From: Antedon mediterranea
Lineage: Eukaryota; Animalia; Echinodermata
Assembly (NCBI RefSeq): GCF_964355755.1
Contig: NC_092670.1
Location: 17,656,795-17,720,794 of the forward strand
Reading direction: 5' to 3'
Length of the DNA stretch: 64,000 bases
The notes under the pieces are model-generated. The model saw only the letters and a program-made list of their open reading frames with translations. It had not been told where the DNA came from and made no database searches. How positions within the stretch are numbered: the first letter of the stretch is position 1; each line of letters begins with the position of its first letter. A program made the translations under genes and the position numbers. Positions 1 to 13,671 of this stretch are shown piece by piece.

Positions 1-292
1 AGTATCAATGAGGTACATGTAATAAAAATAAAAATTTATAATGAAATTGACCACTGAGACATCAAAGCAAGTTCTAACATTTCATATATAGGAATCCTAT
101 AGCTGTAAACACAATTTTATATTTTTAACAACATTTAAGCATTAATATAAAGCCACCAGAGAGTGGTTAAGACAAAGATGAGTATGGGGTTACCCTGATG
201 AACAATTCATATAGCGAGAAAGAATGCCTTAATTGTGTCAGCACTGACATGATATGATGCTTTATGAGAGAAGAATGTAGTTGAAAAGTGTA

Positions 293-451
293 AAGCCTTG
301 TCTACACTATCAAACTTTACTGTATGTGACAAAAACAGATGATGTGCCTACATATGGACATGATGATGTCATCACCACCATATGAATATTACTACCATAT
401 TTAGGCACATCACACTTTTGTCAAATTAGTTTGATAGTGTAGACAGAGCTT
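293..451. mobile_element. Short MITE with ~24-bp terminal inverted repeats (PIF/Harbinger-like)
   Basis: aagccttgtctacactatcaaact ... agtttgatagtgtagacagagctt, TA-rich flanks, no ORF. Confidence 0.7.
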
Positions 452-1005
452 AACATGAACAATGATCGTTGCAATCACTCAATACAAATAGAAATTATCA
501 TTAATTAGGTTAAAACATTAATGACTCATTATTTATTGTTGTTTTCTAGAGCATCAATTAGACTTTTTTTTATTTCTTATGCAGTAGATCATAGTAGACC
601 TATTCATTAAGCAGAAAAGTTACTGTAGTATGTGATCATTTTCTTTCCCCAATGAATATTATCTTGCCTTGAATCATTTTTGTGGTCCATTTCCAGATTT
701 CACTTCATTGTAAGACTGACCATACCATAATACTGTACTATATTTGCAAATTCATAGATTATATTTTTTAATATATCCAGTAGAAATACCAAGTATTTAT
801 TTAAATGTACCGTAATTAAATCTGGGGGGGGGGGGGGGTTGGCCTGATTCGGACACAGGAATTGTGTATTGAAAAACATGATTCTGACAAATAGACCATT
901 TTAGATAAAATTGTATTTTTTAATATCTGTTCCTTTATCATTAAATTACATTTGTGTGTTAAAAATGGTTAAATTGAGTTGTTAGATTAATCCATTATTT
1001 TACAG

Positions 1006-4000
1006 GGGCCATAGTAGATTGTCCTGATCAGCGAGGTAGTACAGCTTTACATCTTGCTGCACAGTATGGCCATGAACAGCTTTTGGTTACCCTGCTAGCA
1101 AATGGAGCTAATCCAAAAAGGTAATGTCTGCAGATAACATTTCATTTGGGAATTTTGTTGATTAAAATGACATGCATAGTATCTTAAACTTTGATAGTTT
1201 GTATAATTTAATAAAATAGGTATTTAGATGAATGTATGTAGTTCTTACCAAATAAATTGATTTAGTTTGACTAGTATATAGAATTTTTTAACATTTATTC
1301 TTTTAAATTTTAGATGTGGTGTAAATGGTATGCTGCCTCTCCATCTAGCAAGTTTAAATGGTTATGTTGAATGTTGTAGGCGTTTGTTAGAGGCAGGTAA
1401 GTCTATTCAGGTTCATATCGAGTAAAAAAAAAAGGTAAGGTTTGGTATATGGTATTTAGAAAATCTCATACAGTATTATATTCCATCTATTGCAGTGTTA
1501 CAGTCACAGTACTCCTCCAATTATAACCACTTTTGCCCACCATACACAAAATAACTCTTGTAGTTATAATCCAATTTGAGTGTCTTGCATTCTAATGGTA
1601 TGACACCATCACTACCAAATGTAGTCAAGAATGTATGTTCAGGATTTATATAGATAATAACATATAATGTATATTGTTTTTTATGGTCTACATGGCTTTA
1701 CTGGTGTTTATCATAATAACAAATGAAAAATAAACAATAACATTTTGTATATTCTAAACGTTAATGAAAGATTTGCTATTTTTTCCATTAATTTATTTAC
1801 ATTTCGCACTGCTTCATTTGTTAATCGCATCAAAAATGTTTCACAATCTTTCGTAAATAATCTTAAAAAAGCTTACGCAAATACTAATATTCACAAGGAA
1901 TGCTCAACCATTTAAAAGCATGTTTTATAACTTTTTATATACATACTTAAACTGGGAAGATGTTTATTAAGAGGATAATAATAATATCTTCATGTATGAC
2001 AATGTTTATTTAGTTGTCATAGGCAAATTTCATGATACAGCATCTCATGTGTATCACATGTGGCGCCTGTATCATGTAAGGTTACTTTCACAGTTAGGTT
2101 ATGATCTGTATACTATTGCATATGAAATGGATTTACTTTTAGTTTTAAATTGATTTAAACATTGTATACAGTAAACTCTATAGGGCAAGTTAATGGACCA
2201 TGTCAGATTATTTTACTGCAATAAATATATTTGGGATATCATCAATTAGATTAGATATAATGGGTTTCACTAAGTAACAAAATTGCTTACTTTTACATTT
2301 ATGGATATTTATATTTGATATTAGGTTGTAATATAAATGAAGTAGATGACAATGGAAGAACATGTGCTCATGCAGCTGCATGTGGTGGGTAAGTAAGCAC
2401 GTACTTAAATATATATTTCATGATCAGCTTGTTACGGTCATGTTCAATAAATGACATACGATTACACACAGACAAGTTAGAGCATAACTTTCTCAACATT
2501 ATTAAATGATGTCTTAATTTATCTGCAGGAATGTTGACTGTTTAGACCTTTTAATACGTAGTGGAGCCGACTTTAACATTGTAGACAAAGAGGGCAGGAC
2601 AGCATTGCACTACGCAGCGGGCAATGCCAATCATCAATGTGTATTGTCATTGGTTGCCATGGGAGCATTTGTCAATTCAGCAGACGCAAGAAATTGCACT
2701 CCTTTGCACTATGCTGCTGCCACTGACGCTGAAGCGGAGTAAGTCAATGAATATTCATGACATTTTTCTGTGTATTCATATCTTTATAATCAAACTTGTT
2801 TTTCTAACATTGATATCTCAATATCATAGTTAATAAATATTCATGACGTTTATTATGAATATTAATGTTTATTATAATAGTTTCTTTGAAGGTTTTGTAT
2901 TATATATTAATATTATAGTTATACAAATGTTTTTAATCTAAAAATATTTCTACATTTTCCTCTCAGTTGTGTTGACCATCTTCTTCACAATGGTGCCGAT
3001 GCAAGTCTACGGGACATCAATGGGTACAACGCTGTCCACTATGCTGCCGCACATGGACATAGCCATGTTATAGACAAGGTATGATGTTGCTACCTTATAA
3101 TAAAAAATATTATGAGAAGGATAAACTCGTTATAAAAATGTATACATTTATTCTTATTTAGCTGTTAAACGATGGTAGAGCTGACTTACTAAACAGTGCT
3201 GGTATCGCTCCACTTACAACACCACTACACCTTTCAGTAAGTAATAATTAGAATTTAAGTATATAAGAAATTTGTGAATCTTAGTTTAGTCATGTCATTT
3301 TGATATATACAGTATTGTGACGACATCATTTATAGTGATTTTTTTTCCAACCAAAATAAGAGGAGCTTTGTGGTTAAGATACTTTGCTACCAATCCCAGG
3401 GTCCTGGGTTTAAATCCTGTCTGATAACAAGACATTCCCAATGACGTTTGTTTTTGTAAAGCTACTTGCATGTATATTTTTGGATTGTCACTTATGGTGG
3501 ACAGTGGAAATACACCAAAGTAAAGATTGAATATATTCATTGATTAAAGATCACTCTTCTTTCTTCTAGGCTTATAATGGACATGCTGATGCCTTGAGTG
3601 TTTTAATGAGATCAATTATTAGCTTAGATATCCAAGACGCCAATGGACGGACACCACTGGATCTATCGTCTTTCAAAGGTCATTCAGAATGTATTGAAAC
3701 ATTAGCAATCCAAGGAGCAACGATCTTAGTACATGATTCAGTCTCTAAACGAACTCCATTACACGCAGCTGGTAAGAATTTTAATTGTAATATTTATTGC
3801 ATCCATGTTTAAAACAAAGAAGACAACAACATGTACATCAATAAGTTATGAAAAAGAAAAGTTACAATAAAATGGACAGAGGTGATCCTGTAAGCTTGAG
3901 AAGCTATAAGATTAATGTTTTAACTAAAACATGCATCATTGGTAACTACAGTATTGAGAACAATGTATTGAATTAAAATGTTAATTTTTGTTATTTAATT

Positions 4001-7000
4001 CAATAATGTCAGTGGCTTAATTTCCTTTACCTTACAGAATATGTTTAACATGTTAGTTTATATATTTATAGCTTATAATGGTCATGCCGAATGCCTCAAA
4101 ATTCTAATAGAGAATGCCGAGTCAAGGCAGGCTGTAGATTGCGTTGACGAGCAGAACCGTACGCCATTAATGGTGGCCGTAGCCAATGGTCATATAGATG
4201 CTGTGTTGTTGTTACTCTCGCATAAGGCTAGTTTGTCTATTGCAGATATTAATCATCGAACTGCTCTTCATAGAGGGGTATGTGTTCATCTTGATATTCT
4301 ACTTGTTCATATCCTGGAATCTTAAATTATCCTTAAATCACAGCATTAGAAATGATATTATGATAACTTGATATTAACCATTTTCATCATCCTCATAATC
4401 TTTAACAGCATCATTTTATTTACTACTGTATAAACAATTAATTTCAACCTTGTTCTATTTCCTAGGCTGCTAACGGACATGAAGAATGTGTAGATGCCCT
4501 CTTACAACATGGGGTGAAGACTTCTACACGTGACATAAAAGGTCGTACAGCACTGCACATGGCAGCAGCATGTGGCCATGTTGGTATCCTAGGAGCTCTT
4601 CTTCAAGCTGGCAGTACAAACCTTCTGGATAATAGAGGCTACACACCACTTCACTGGGCAGCTTATAATGGTCAGCATCTTCTGCTGTTTTTCTTTATGT
4701 CTGTTATTAAATAACAGCTTATAATGGTCAGCATCTTCTGCTGTTTTTCTTTATGTCTGTTATTAAATAACAGCTTATAATGGTCAGCATCTTCTGCTGT
4801 TTTTCTTTATGTCTGTTATTAACTGGGCAGCTTATAATGGTCAGCATCTTCTGCTGTTTTTCTTTATGTCTGTTATTAACTGGGCAGCTTATAATGGTCA
4901 GCATCATCTGCTGTTTTTCTTTATGTCTGTTATTAAATAACAGATTGTTTTGCAAGTAGTCATTATGTATTATTTCCTGTATTTTGTCAGATAGAATAAA
5001 GAACTCCACATAAACATATGAGGTTAGAAATGAGATCATCTGGCACAGGACCTCCTACATTTTAGTAAAAGCAATACAACAGATAGAACATTAAGTAATA
5101 CTTCATTACCCTCTCCACCTTCCCTCCTATTTCAAAATCCTGATAGATATTGTATTGTGTATTTTCCATTACTTCATTGTAAAATGATTAAGCCTTGCCC
5201 ACCTCCTCCCTATTTCAAAATCCTCATAGATAAAATATACTGTGTATTTTTCAGTACTTCATGTTAAATGATTTAGCTTTGCCCACCTCCTTCTTGTTTC
5301 AAAACTGATTCTGCCACTGATGTATTTTTGTTTATTTTCTTAGGTCATGAAAGCTGTGTGGAGTTGTTACTTGAACAGGGTCAGCATAAGTTCTTTGAAG
5401 GCAATGCTTTTACAGCTTTACACTGTGCTGTGTAAGTAATGTCCAAATTAAAAAAACAATTTGTATTTATTTTCCACAAATTTGACTGTATTGAAATAAT
5501 TTCATCTGGTTTAAACTATATTCATAGGAATAAATATTTGCACTGAAAAGTTTTGTGCACAATAAATTCACATTCTATTGTACAGACTAGTCAATGGATA
5601 TTTCACTGAAGATAACTGATATTAGTCTTGCTATGAGCCTTAATATGCATGATTGACCCTAGTGGCACACACACAAACATAATACTGTAATTTGATAAAT
5701 ACCCTTTAATTGTTTATAATAAATTTTTATAAAATTATTTCATTTCTTTTTAGATTAAATGACAATGAAACATGTGCCGAGTTGTTAGTTGAATCCCTTG
5801 GCGATAAAATAGTCAATTTACAAGATAGCAAAGGAAGGTTAGTAACACTCAATATATTAATCAATTTACTGTAACCATATTTACCATTACTATGTTTCTA
5901 TTTTCACAGATTCTCTGTACTTAGGATAGTTCCTTGATACACCATCACATATTCATCACACAATACAACTGTATACTGAATAGTAGGAATTAATGGTTAA
6001 ATTAGGTTATACAGTACTTGTTAAATCTATTGTGTCACATGTGACATCTGGATTGAGGATTTTGCCAGGGGTTTTATTAGAGGTTATGACATTTGACTGA
6101 ATAAAAATCTGCTACTATTTTATCACTAAACCTTTTTACATTTTGACCTAAATATTTGGTAAGAAACGATATTTTAATGTTTTTTTAGTTTAAAAATTGT
6201 TTAATGTTAATCTTCAGCGAATGATTGTCTTATAATTTGATATCAAACTTTATATATTATTGTTTATAGGACAGCATTACATGCTAGTGCCCTCAACGAT
6301 CAGGTAGAATGTTTACAGTTTTTGCTACAACATGGTGGTCACATTAACATAATGGATCATTACGGCAAGACGTGTGTAATGATGGCAGCAGAAACTGGCT
6401 CTGCAGGGGCTGTTGGTAAGTTCAAAGGTTAAATGAGTTATAATGTAGTATATATTCTAGCTTTTGATTTCTGATGACATAGGAGCTACGCGTTCGATTT
6501 TAGCCTGGTCTTCAAAACCACCAAAACTGAGAAAATACATCCAAGCATGCGCAAACATGGCATACCTAGACCGTCAGAATCCAAGGCTCCCTATGAAGAC
6601 AGTTTTGTTTTTTTAAGGCGACATACAATAAATAGTATGTAATTACTGCAGTAATGGAATAAAAATCTTATCATTTGTTTGTATTTTCAGAGCTGATTGT
6701 AAATGAAACTGATGTAGATTTAAAACTACAGGATAATGAAAAGTCAACAGCATTACATCATGCTTGTATGCAGGTAAGTACTTATCCATCATTATGCTAC
6801 ATTAATTGTTAACAAAGTGTTATTACCTTATAACCAATATTAAATTAAATAAAATAATTAATATATACAAAGAGTAAGATAACACAAAAGCAAAACTGAG
6901 ACAGACCCATGAGAGGAGGCCCTAAAAAATGTTAAGGTCTATGGCATTTCAAATATTATTCTCTATGAGTATTGGAGACAGGTTTGTTCCAAAAATGAAA

Positions 7001-9199
7001 TGGGTATTTTTTTGGGTTTTTAACATAAATTATCACTTTCAATATTAAATTAGCTCTGAAGCAAGTTACAAACTCATAATAAATTAGTTTTTAAACTGAT
7101 TGGTTATGTATGGTTTCGTATATTTATTCTAGCAGCAGAATAACAATACAATAACATACAATTAAAGATATACAAAAAATTATTAATATATACAAAGAGT
7201 AAGATCACACAAAAGCAAAACTGAGACAGACCCATGAGAGGAGGCCCTAAAAAATGTTTAGGTCTGATGGATTTATCCTTCAAATGGAACATTAAGCTGT
7301 TGGCTTTGGGTACGCAAAGTAAGCATAAAAACAATATTCTTGCATAGAATAACAAAAATATCATATTTACTGAATTAAAATATTATTACCACAGAGAGAT
7401 TATGGCATTTCAAATATTATTCTCTATGAGTATTGGAGACAGGTTTGTTCCAAAAATGAAATGGGTATTTTTTGGGTTTTTAACATAAATTATCACTTTC
7501 AATTTTTCAAAATTTTCTTTCAAAAACGGTAATCTATTTTCCCCAATCTTCACCTCCCCTTCCTATAGTTTAAATTTTGTGCAATCACTTCGCTGTCAAT
7601 TTTCTTGGTTTTAAACATCACTGACTCTTTTAAACTGTAAACACAATCTGATTAAATAAATGTTTTCCTTTTTTTGTTTATTTTCTAAATTGAAATGACA
7701 AAAAAACTCTTTTATATGAAACACTTGATATCACAATATTTTTATGGTGGTTGAATTTATTCTTTTTAATATGATCACTTCTTTACACTGAAAGATCCAT
7801 TCATCTTTATGTAATTGATTACAATGACATTATGAAGTGGCGTACAAAGTCTAATATAGATGGCTATGGGCTAGTCAATATGGGTTTCTAGTGTAGGTCA
7901 TGAAATTTGTTGCAAAATGAACATGGCAAGTATAAAATGCTCAGAAAAATTTGAGCCCTGCCAAACTAAAAAAGACAAGTTTGTTAAATCCACATAAATT
8001 TATATTTAAGCTGTTGTTTATTTGTGTGGTACAAAGCATGCAATATTTGCTTACTACTAGCTAGCATTTATTGTGCCAAATTTGTGTAAACATTGATTGT
8101 ATCAAAATTTTAAAAAGCACTGTGTTGCATCTTTCCAAGTTTATGTTTTATTTTATCATAAATTTGTTTTATTTAGAGACACGAAGGATGTGCATTGATG
8201 ATTTTAGAGAAAATTACGGATCCAATTATCATTAGCAAAGCAAATTGTGAAGGAATGACGTAAGTAAAATGTATTTGTTTTTCTTATTTATTAATTTATT
8301 CCCTTAAATATTAATTCTTAATTAATTACCTCCCCTGTTTACTAACCTTTTAGATGTGGTTTTTATTTTTTAGTAGCATTACAAGCTGTACTTTCTCATA
8401 AGCTCTTCTAATTATCTTCTTTTTATTCTTATTATTATTTATTTAAATGAAACAAATAAATGAAATGATAATTTTGATTTGATTTGTTTCAGAGCTTTGC
8501 ATATAGCAGCAGCCAGTGGGTTAGTAGCTGTAGTCCAGGAACTCATATCCAAAGGAGCTAGTTTATTAGCAGTAGACAATAGAGGTAAATTATCTATTTA
8601 TTTTCTTGGCATGTGCAGAGACACAAAGGTGGAATGGTTCTGAATATGTAGGACATTTGTAAAGGGGGTGGGATGCAAAGAAGGTTGAAGGAGGGTGAAG
8701 CGTTGGTGTACCAAAAGAGGGAAGGGTGACAGAAGAAGGGAACTGGTGCAACAAATGCAGAAAAGGAGAAAGATTCAATTTGCAATGAGAGTGTGGTTTC
8801 TACTGAATTATTCTCCTCATCTTTTTTTTATCAGGATTGACTGAAATAGGAAACTAAAATAATTAATGTAATACTGTAGTGTTTTATAAATCATATATTG
8901 TTTCTTTGTTCTTTTTTTCATAATGTATATATACATTTTTTTGGTTTTCTTGCATAGGGTACACACCAGCTTTAAGTTGTTCAGCTAATTCTAAAGTGGC
9001 TGATTGCCTCGCTATAATCCTGGCACAAATGATTCCATTCTCACCGAACAGCACAGCAGCAAATTCACGAATCACCATGGCGTTGACCGGCGAGCTAGGC
9101 CAGACGCGCACACTAGGTAGCCTTGACCTTACTGATGGGGACGGCAATCACAGTCGGACCGGTAGCAACGCAGACACGTCTGATTCAGAGACGTATTGA
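1006..9199 (+). CDS. ANKRD28: Serine/threonine-protein phosphatase 6 regulatory ankyrin repeat subunit (ANKRD28/44/52 family), 3' part, 16 exons in window; 5' exons lie upstream
   Basis: GT-AG exons joined in consistent phase: 1006-1120, 1314-1396, 2325-2388, 2529-2738, 2967-3078, 3162-3236, 3570-3771, 4072-4277, 4466-4670, 5344-5431, 5754-5837, 6270-6415, 6691-6773, 8177-8259, 8493-8584, 8958-9199 (TGA). Continuous ankyrin repeats (e.g. [43 protein letters not shown]). C-terminal [25 protein letters not shown]...SDSETY* resembles ANKRD28. Probably co-orthologous to vertebrate ANKRD28/44/52. Confidence 0.9.
4653..4943 (+). repeat. Tandem repeat, 5 x 56-57 bp, seeded from the ANKRD28 exon end plus 5' splice site
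   Basis: Unit (ACTGGG)CAGCTTATAATG|gtcagcatcttctgctgtttttctttatgtctgttatta(aata)a; units start 4659, 4715, 4771, 4828, 4885. The first copy is the real exon/intron boundary at 4670. Confidence 0.92.
5098..5305. repeat. Degenerate tandem repeat, ~83-bp period, ~2.5 copies
   Basis: ccacct(t)cc..ctatttcaaaatcct.atagata..tgtgtatttt..acttcat recurs at ~5115, ~5199 and ~5283. Confidence 0.6.
6857..7503. repeat. Local direct duplication (~185 bp); second copy has ~137 bp extra in the middle
   Basis: ttaatatatacaaagagtaagat...aggtct|atggcatttcaaatatt...tatcactttcaat at ~6857-7043 and ~7183-7503. Confidence 0.8.
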
Positions 9200-9570
9200 G
9201 TTGATGAAAAGTTGTACAAATTATTTTGATTGTATGTGGATTGCAGCTACGGTACGGTATTCAGCGCCCTCGTCAGTTGTTGCGAATGTGATTTATGCGA
9301 ATATGTTTATCCTAAAAACGGGCTTAGGTCGACATAAAATTGGAACTGCTCTATTAAGCAACTGAACGCAATTGAACACCACTCAAAGTAACACACAGTT
9401 TCACAAAATATGTCAACATGATTGCAGTTGAGTTGAGTTGTGTTCAGTAAATCATGCGTTATTGTTGCCCTATAAACTAGTTGCAATCAGTCCTATGTTG
9501 ACCTACTGCATTGCACCCTATTCAGACATACATTACATTGCGATTTAAGGTGGTGTAATCAATCGGAATA

Positions 9571-9690
9571 AAGGGCCTTTCACACCAGGTCCGGCGAATA
9601 AAAAGCCAACATGCGTTTTCACGTGGCTATGCGCCAATCGATATGCACATAGCCGCGTACAAACAACCGGAACAGGTGTGAAAGACCCTT
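9571..9690. mobile_element. MITE (Harbinger-like) downstream of the ANKRD28 stop
   Basis: aagggcctttcacaccaggtccgg ... ccggaacaggtgtgaaagaccctt imperfect TIRs. Confidence 0.6.
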
Positions 9691-10967
9691 AAACCAGTTT
9701 ACTCCCAATTATTAATTGGCTGACACACTGTTTATTTTTTATACAATCAGTGTTGTGATTTTCTGCTGTGGGTGACAATTGCAATATTGAGCTTTAACAC
9801 ACGATTATGCATTGTCAAATTGCCAGTTGATGACAATACTCATTGTAATGCGATGTAAGTCTAAGCATTATCTTGGCAGCTCTAGCCCTGATCTAGGTAT
9901 CAGTTGCAATAATTAACACCAACAACCAAATTCTGCCAATTGCCACAATTGAGCAACCAAAGGCCTAAGGATTTCCTCTGTATTCTGTTGATGAATGTAC
10001 AGAATTAGCTATTATTAGGTGTAAACAGTTGCAATAGCTGATAATTAAACCAAATACTAGGTGTATAAATAATAATTTAGTTTGGAATAAAATAGGGTGA
10101 AATTAATTATGTTATCTAACACACCAACACTTTTTAGATTTTTCATTTTGACGTGCTTTCCTGTAATTATTTTTTTTTAATGACCAAATTTTGACAATGG
10201 AGAAAATAAATTTTATTTCATGAATGAATGTTCTCCATGTTTTGACCAAATGTTTATTTTTTGCTACGTCCTAAAACCTTTGAGATTAAAAACATGATAT
10301 ATTGAACATTTAAAAACATTTGTTTCTACTTAAATGTTTTTTTGTTATTCCACCATTATTAATATTTGACCTTTGACATCTGTATTGAAATTTATTTGTA
10401 ATAACAGTATTATTAACTTAATGTTTGCTAAAATCTCTGGCCATAAAATTCACAAAGAATTTCTTTTTTTATTTGAAAATTGTTATTACTGTGAAAAACC
10501 GGAATCTATTTTTCAATTGAGAGAGGGTGATAAATTATAAATTAATAAGTAAGTCTAATAAATATTTATCCTTTTCTTCCAAAAATCCATTTTAAGCCTT
10601 TTTAGTTGATAAGTGAATTTCTGTTTATAACATTTTTTAATGAATTTACAATTTATACCAAAATAATTTGTTCCTTTAAAAATATTGTTGACATGTTTGG
10701 GTAATACGTTGTTCACTTATAATTTTATATGTACATGTACTATCTTGATTCAGTTAATTCACAAAGTACTAAGAAAATATGATTTTGTGTTTACATATGA
10801 TTATATATAAATAATGTTTATACCTTTAGATTTCTAGCAATACCTTGCTAATAACAGTAACACTAGCTATTTTAAGATTGAATTTTGAGTATTGAGTATT
10901 TCTTACAAGCTACATAAAACTTTGCGTCCAAGTGGGAGACAGAGGCTGTGTTCACCATGCACTCTAA

Positions 10968-11090
10968 AAGGCCAATTTATACAGACAAGCGGTAGCGGTA
11001 AGCGGAAAACCGTGAGCTTATCCACATAGATTTTGTATCTGTTCTTAGCGGAAACCGTCTGTCCGCTCCGCGTTTTGTGTAAATGGTCAT
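10968..11090. mobile_element. Decayed MITE
   Basis: ggccaatttatacagacaagcggtagcgg ... ccgctccgcgttttgtgtaaatggtc imperfect TIRs. Confidence 0.45.
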
Positions 11091-11877
11091 AAGAAATAAC
11101 ATAAGCTTCTATATTTGTATTACCATTATACCACTCGTCTTTAAATTGGCCTTTGGGCTAAGAGAAATATTAAGCCTTAAAATTAAAAAAAGCCCTGTCT
11201 AAGTGAATACAATTTAAGGGAAAAATGAAATATCTATTTAAATACTTAGTATGTATGGGGAATATCTCACTGAAGTGTGATTGGTGAATGTCTGTACGCT
11301 GTTAAACACGTTCAATAATTTAATGGATCATTAGTTTCTATTATATGTCAATTGTATGTATTGTCAAATGCTTGGTGTCTCTATTCGTAAAGAGTTTATT
11401 ATTTTAGCATTAATTGTTGTAAGTTTACCTCACCTGAAAATGGTAGTTTTCTCCTTTGTCACAAAACCCAACTCAGGATTTATTAACAGGGTGTGAGGAA
11501 AAAGTTTGTAATAAGGTGGAAACATAATTACTGACCCTTTAACTTATCCTCCAATCAGAGACCACTAATTAAGAACTGTCTTTAGTTAGAAACCATTGTG
11601 AGAGTATCCTCGATGTATACTCAATATCATCAATTGGTCCCAATAGTTTTCTTTTATTTGTGTGTAAAAACCAACCAGTACAGAGCAACCTCCCCCTATC
11701 ACTATCCTCAGCCCAGCTCCTGTTTTTGTCAATCCACCTATATCCATGTCAGGGCTAACTTGTAGTACTATAATACACTGGTGCTAGCGAATACTGTGTT
11801 TTTTTAATTTGGTCACAGTGTTTTTAATGTAAAGAAGTGCATCTGTCACTGAAGAAACCTCGAAATTCCTTCTTACT

Positions 11878-12057
11878 AGCTTGGTTCCCACGGGTACAAT
11901 GAGAAACGTATTCGCAACGTAAGGATGTACGCGCAACGCAAATAGGTTTGACCAATCACAAATGGCTGTTAGATGATCCGTTGCTTGTGATTGGTCGAAT
12001 TTTCTGTGCGTTACGTGTACGTCCTTCTTGCATTGTCTCCTAGCGGGAACCAAGCTT
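11878..12057. mobile_element. MITE of the AGCTTGGTTCCCAC-TIR family
   Basis: agcttggttcccacgg ... agcgggaaccaagct; internal gaccaatcacaa / ttgtgattggtc inverted motif shared with the copies at 13.1-14.4 kb. Confidence 0.75.
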
Positions 12058-13096
12058 CCATTGTTTACGACTAGTTATTGTAAATTATATATAAACCACA
12101 GTCAATTGGTGTATATTCTCGATCATTTATTGTAAAGATGTGGTATTTTTTTAAGGTGATGGACCAAAATTGGACATGGATGAATTTATTGTGTTATTAT
12201 TTATTATAGTAAAAAATAATTGTTTATTGTGGAAGAGAGATTATTAGTTGTAGGCCTAAATGGATGGTCAGTGTAATTATTTACTATTTATCTAAATGTG
12301 CCCATAAGGTGATTGTAGTTTTTGATTAATGAAATTATTTCCGGAATGAATGAGATTTGAGTTTCTAATTTGGGTGTGTCCAGTTGTAACTGCAGTTAGG
12401 AGCTTATCTTCTTTTTGACCCCGCCCTGATACGCCCCAGTGGACAGTACGTTCTTTTTACTTAATAAGTGCCATTACATTAATCCCCCGAATTTTTTGTT
12501 TAATTCTTGATTATTCAAATATTAACATGCATATTCATAAGCTAACGTTATTTGTGGGTGAAGACATTTTTATTAGATATTTTATTTGAATTGAAACCAA
12601 TATTTTAGATGGGAACATGCCGACATAATGGTGGCGATAATGCGTTATGTGTGACGCGGTTGATATCATATTTTACAACTTTATTTATATACATTTTATT
12701 GAGGCAAAAACAACATTTCAACTGGTCCATACCATAATACACTCGTGGGTCCCAAACGCTCGGGCGGCAGACGGTATGTCCTATCAAGTGTTCATATGTC
12801 TATATTCTAATTGTTTGTGAGTTAAGAGCCCTGTGCTGATTTTGTTCCCACCATCTTCTGTGTGATTATATTATAACCTATGTTTATTTGTATTATGACA
12901 TTGCTTTCTTCTTTGGTATAAAGCTTATGAAATTATATGTTATCTGTTCCCTTTTTTTTTTGTCGTATTACTTAAGATTTCACCAATCACTGTCGCTTGT
13001 GATTGGTCAAAGTAAAAGTTCCTATATTACCATTTGTGTTCAAAAGTAATGAATATTAATAGTCCAACAAGACTCGACGATGTATTAAAAGTAATG

Positions 13097-13554
13097 AAGA
13101 TTGGTTCCCATACGCAACGTAAAGGTAACCGCGCCGCAATCAATTTGATTAAAGCTTGGTTCCCACTAGAGACGCAACATAACGACGTAACGCAACGTAA
13201 GGGATTTGACCATTCACAAGCGATGGATTATTCGAACAGTGGCTTGTCAAAAAGCTTGGTTCCCACTAGAACGTAACGCAAGGACGTAAACGCCACGCAA
13301 GCGTTTTAACCAATGACAAGCGAAGTTATAGACAGCAATCACAAGCGAATAAGCCATCGCTTGTGATTGGTCAATTCACTTGCGTTGCGTTACGTCCTTG
13401 TGTTGCGTCGCTAGTAGTGGGAACCACGCTTTAGTCAACTTGCGTTGCGTCTACGTTCTTACGGTGTGTTCAAGTGGGAACCAAGCTTAATCGCGACGCA
13501 CTTGCGTTGTGCCTACGTACGTCGTTACGTTGCATCCAAGTGGGAACCAAACGT
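13097..13554. mobile_element. Triple-nested MITE cluster (AGCTTGGTTCCCAC TIR family)
   Basis: Three left TIRs (13097, 13152, 13252) followed by three right TIRs (ending 13431, 13488, ~13554). Confidence 0.8.
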
Positions 13555-13671
13555 AAAAACTCAAAGGCAATATTTTAGATAAAATTCAATCGATACTCTG
13601 TACTATGTATACATAAATGTTTATTATTACATCTTCCGTTGTTATGGCTATTACATAATAATTTATCTAGA

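Noticed and set aside
824-838. Poly-G tract
   Set aside because: Simple intronic homopolymer with no supporting context.
3365-3445. tRNA-like segment (tggttaag...gggtttaaatcc)
   Set aside because: No complete cloverleaf; probably a decayed SINE head.
4728-5039. Minus-strand 103-aa repetitive ORF
   Set aside because: Antisense translation of the 56/57-bp tandem repeat.
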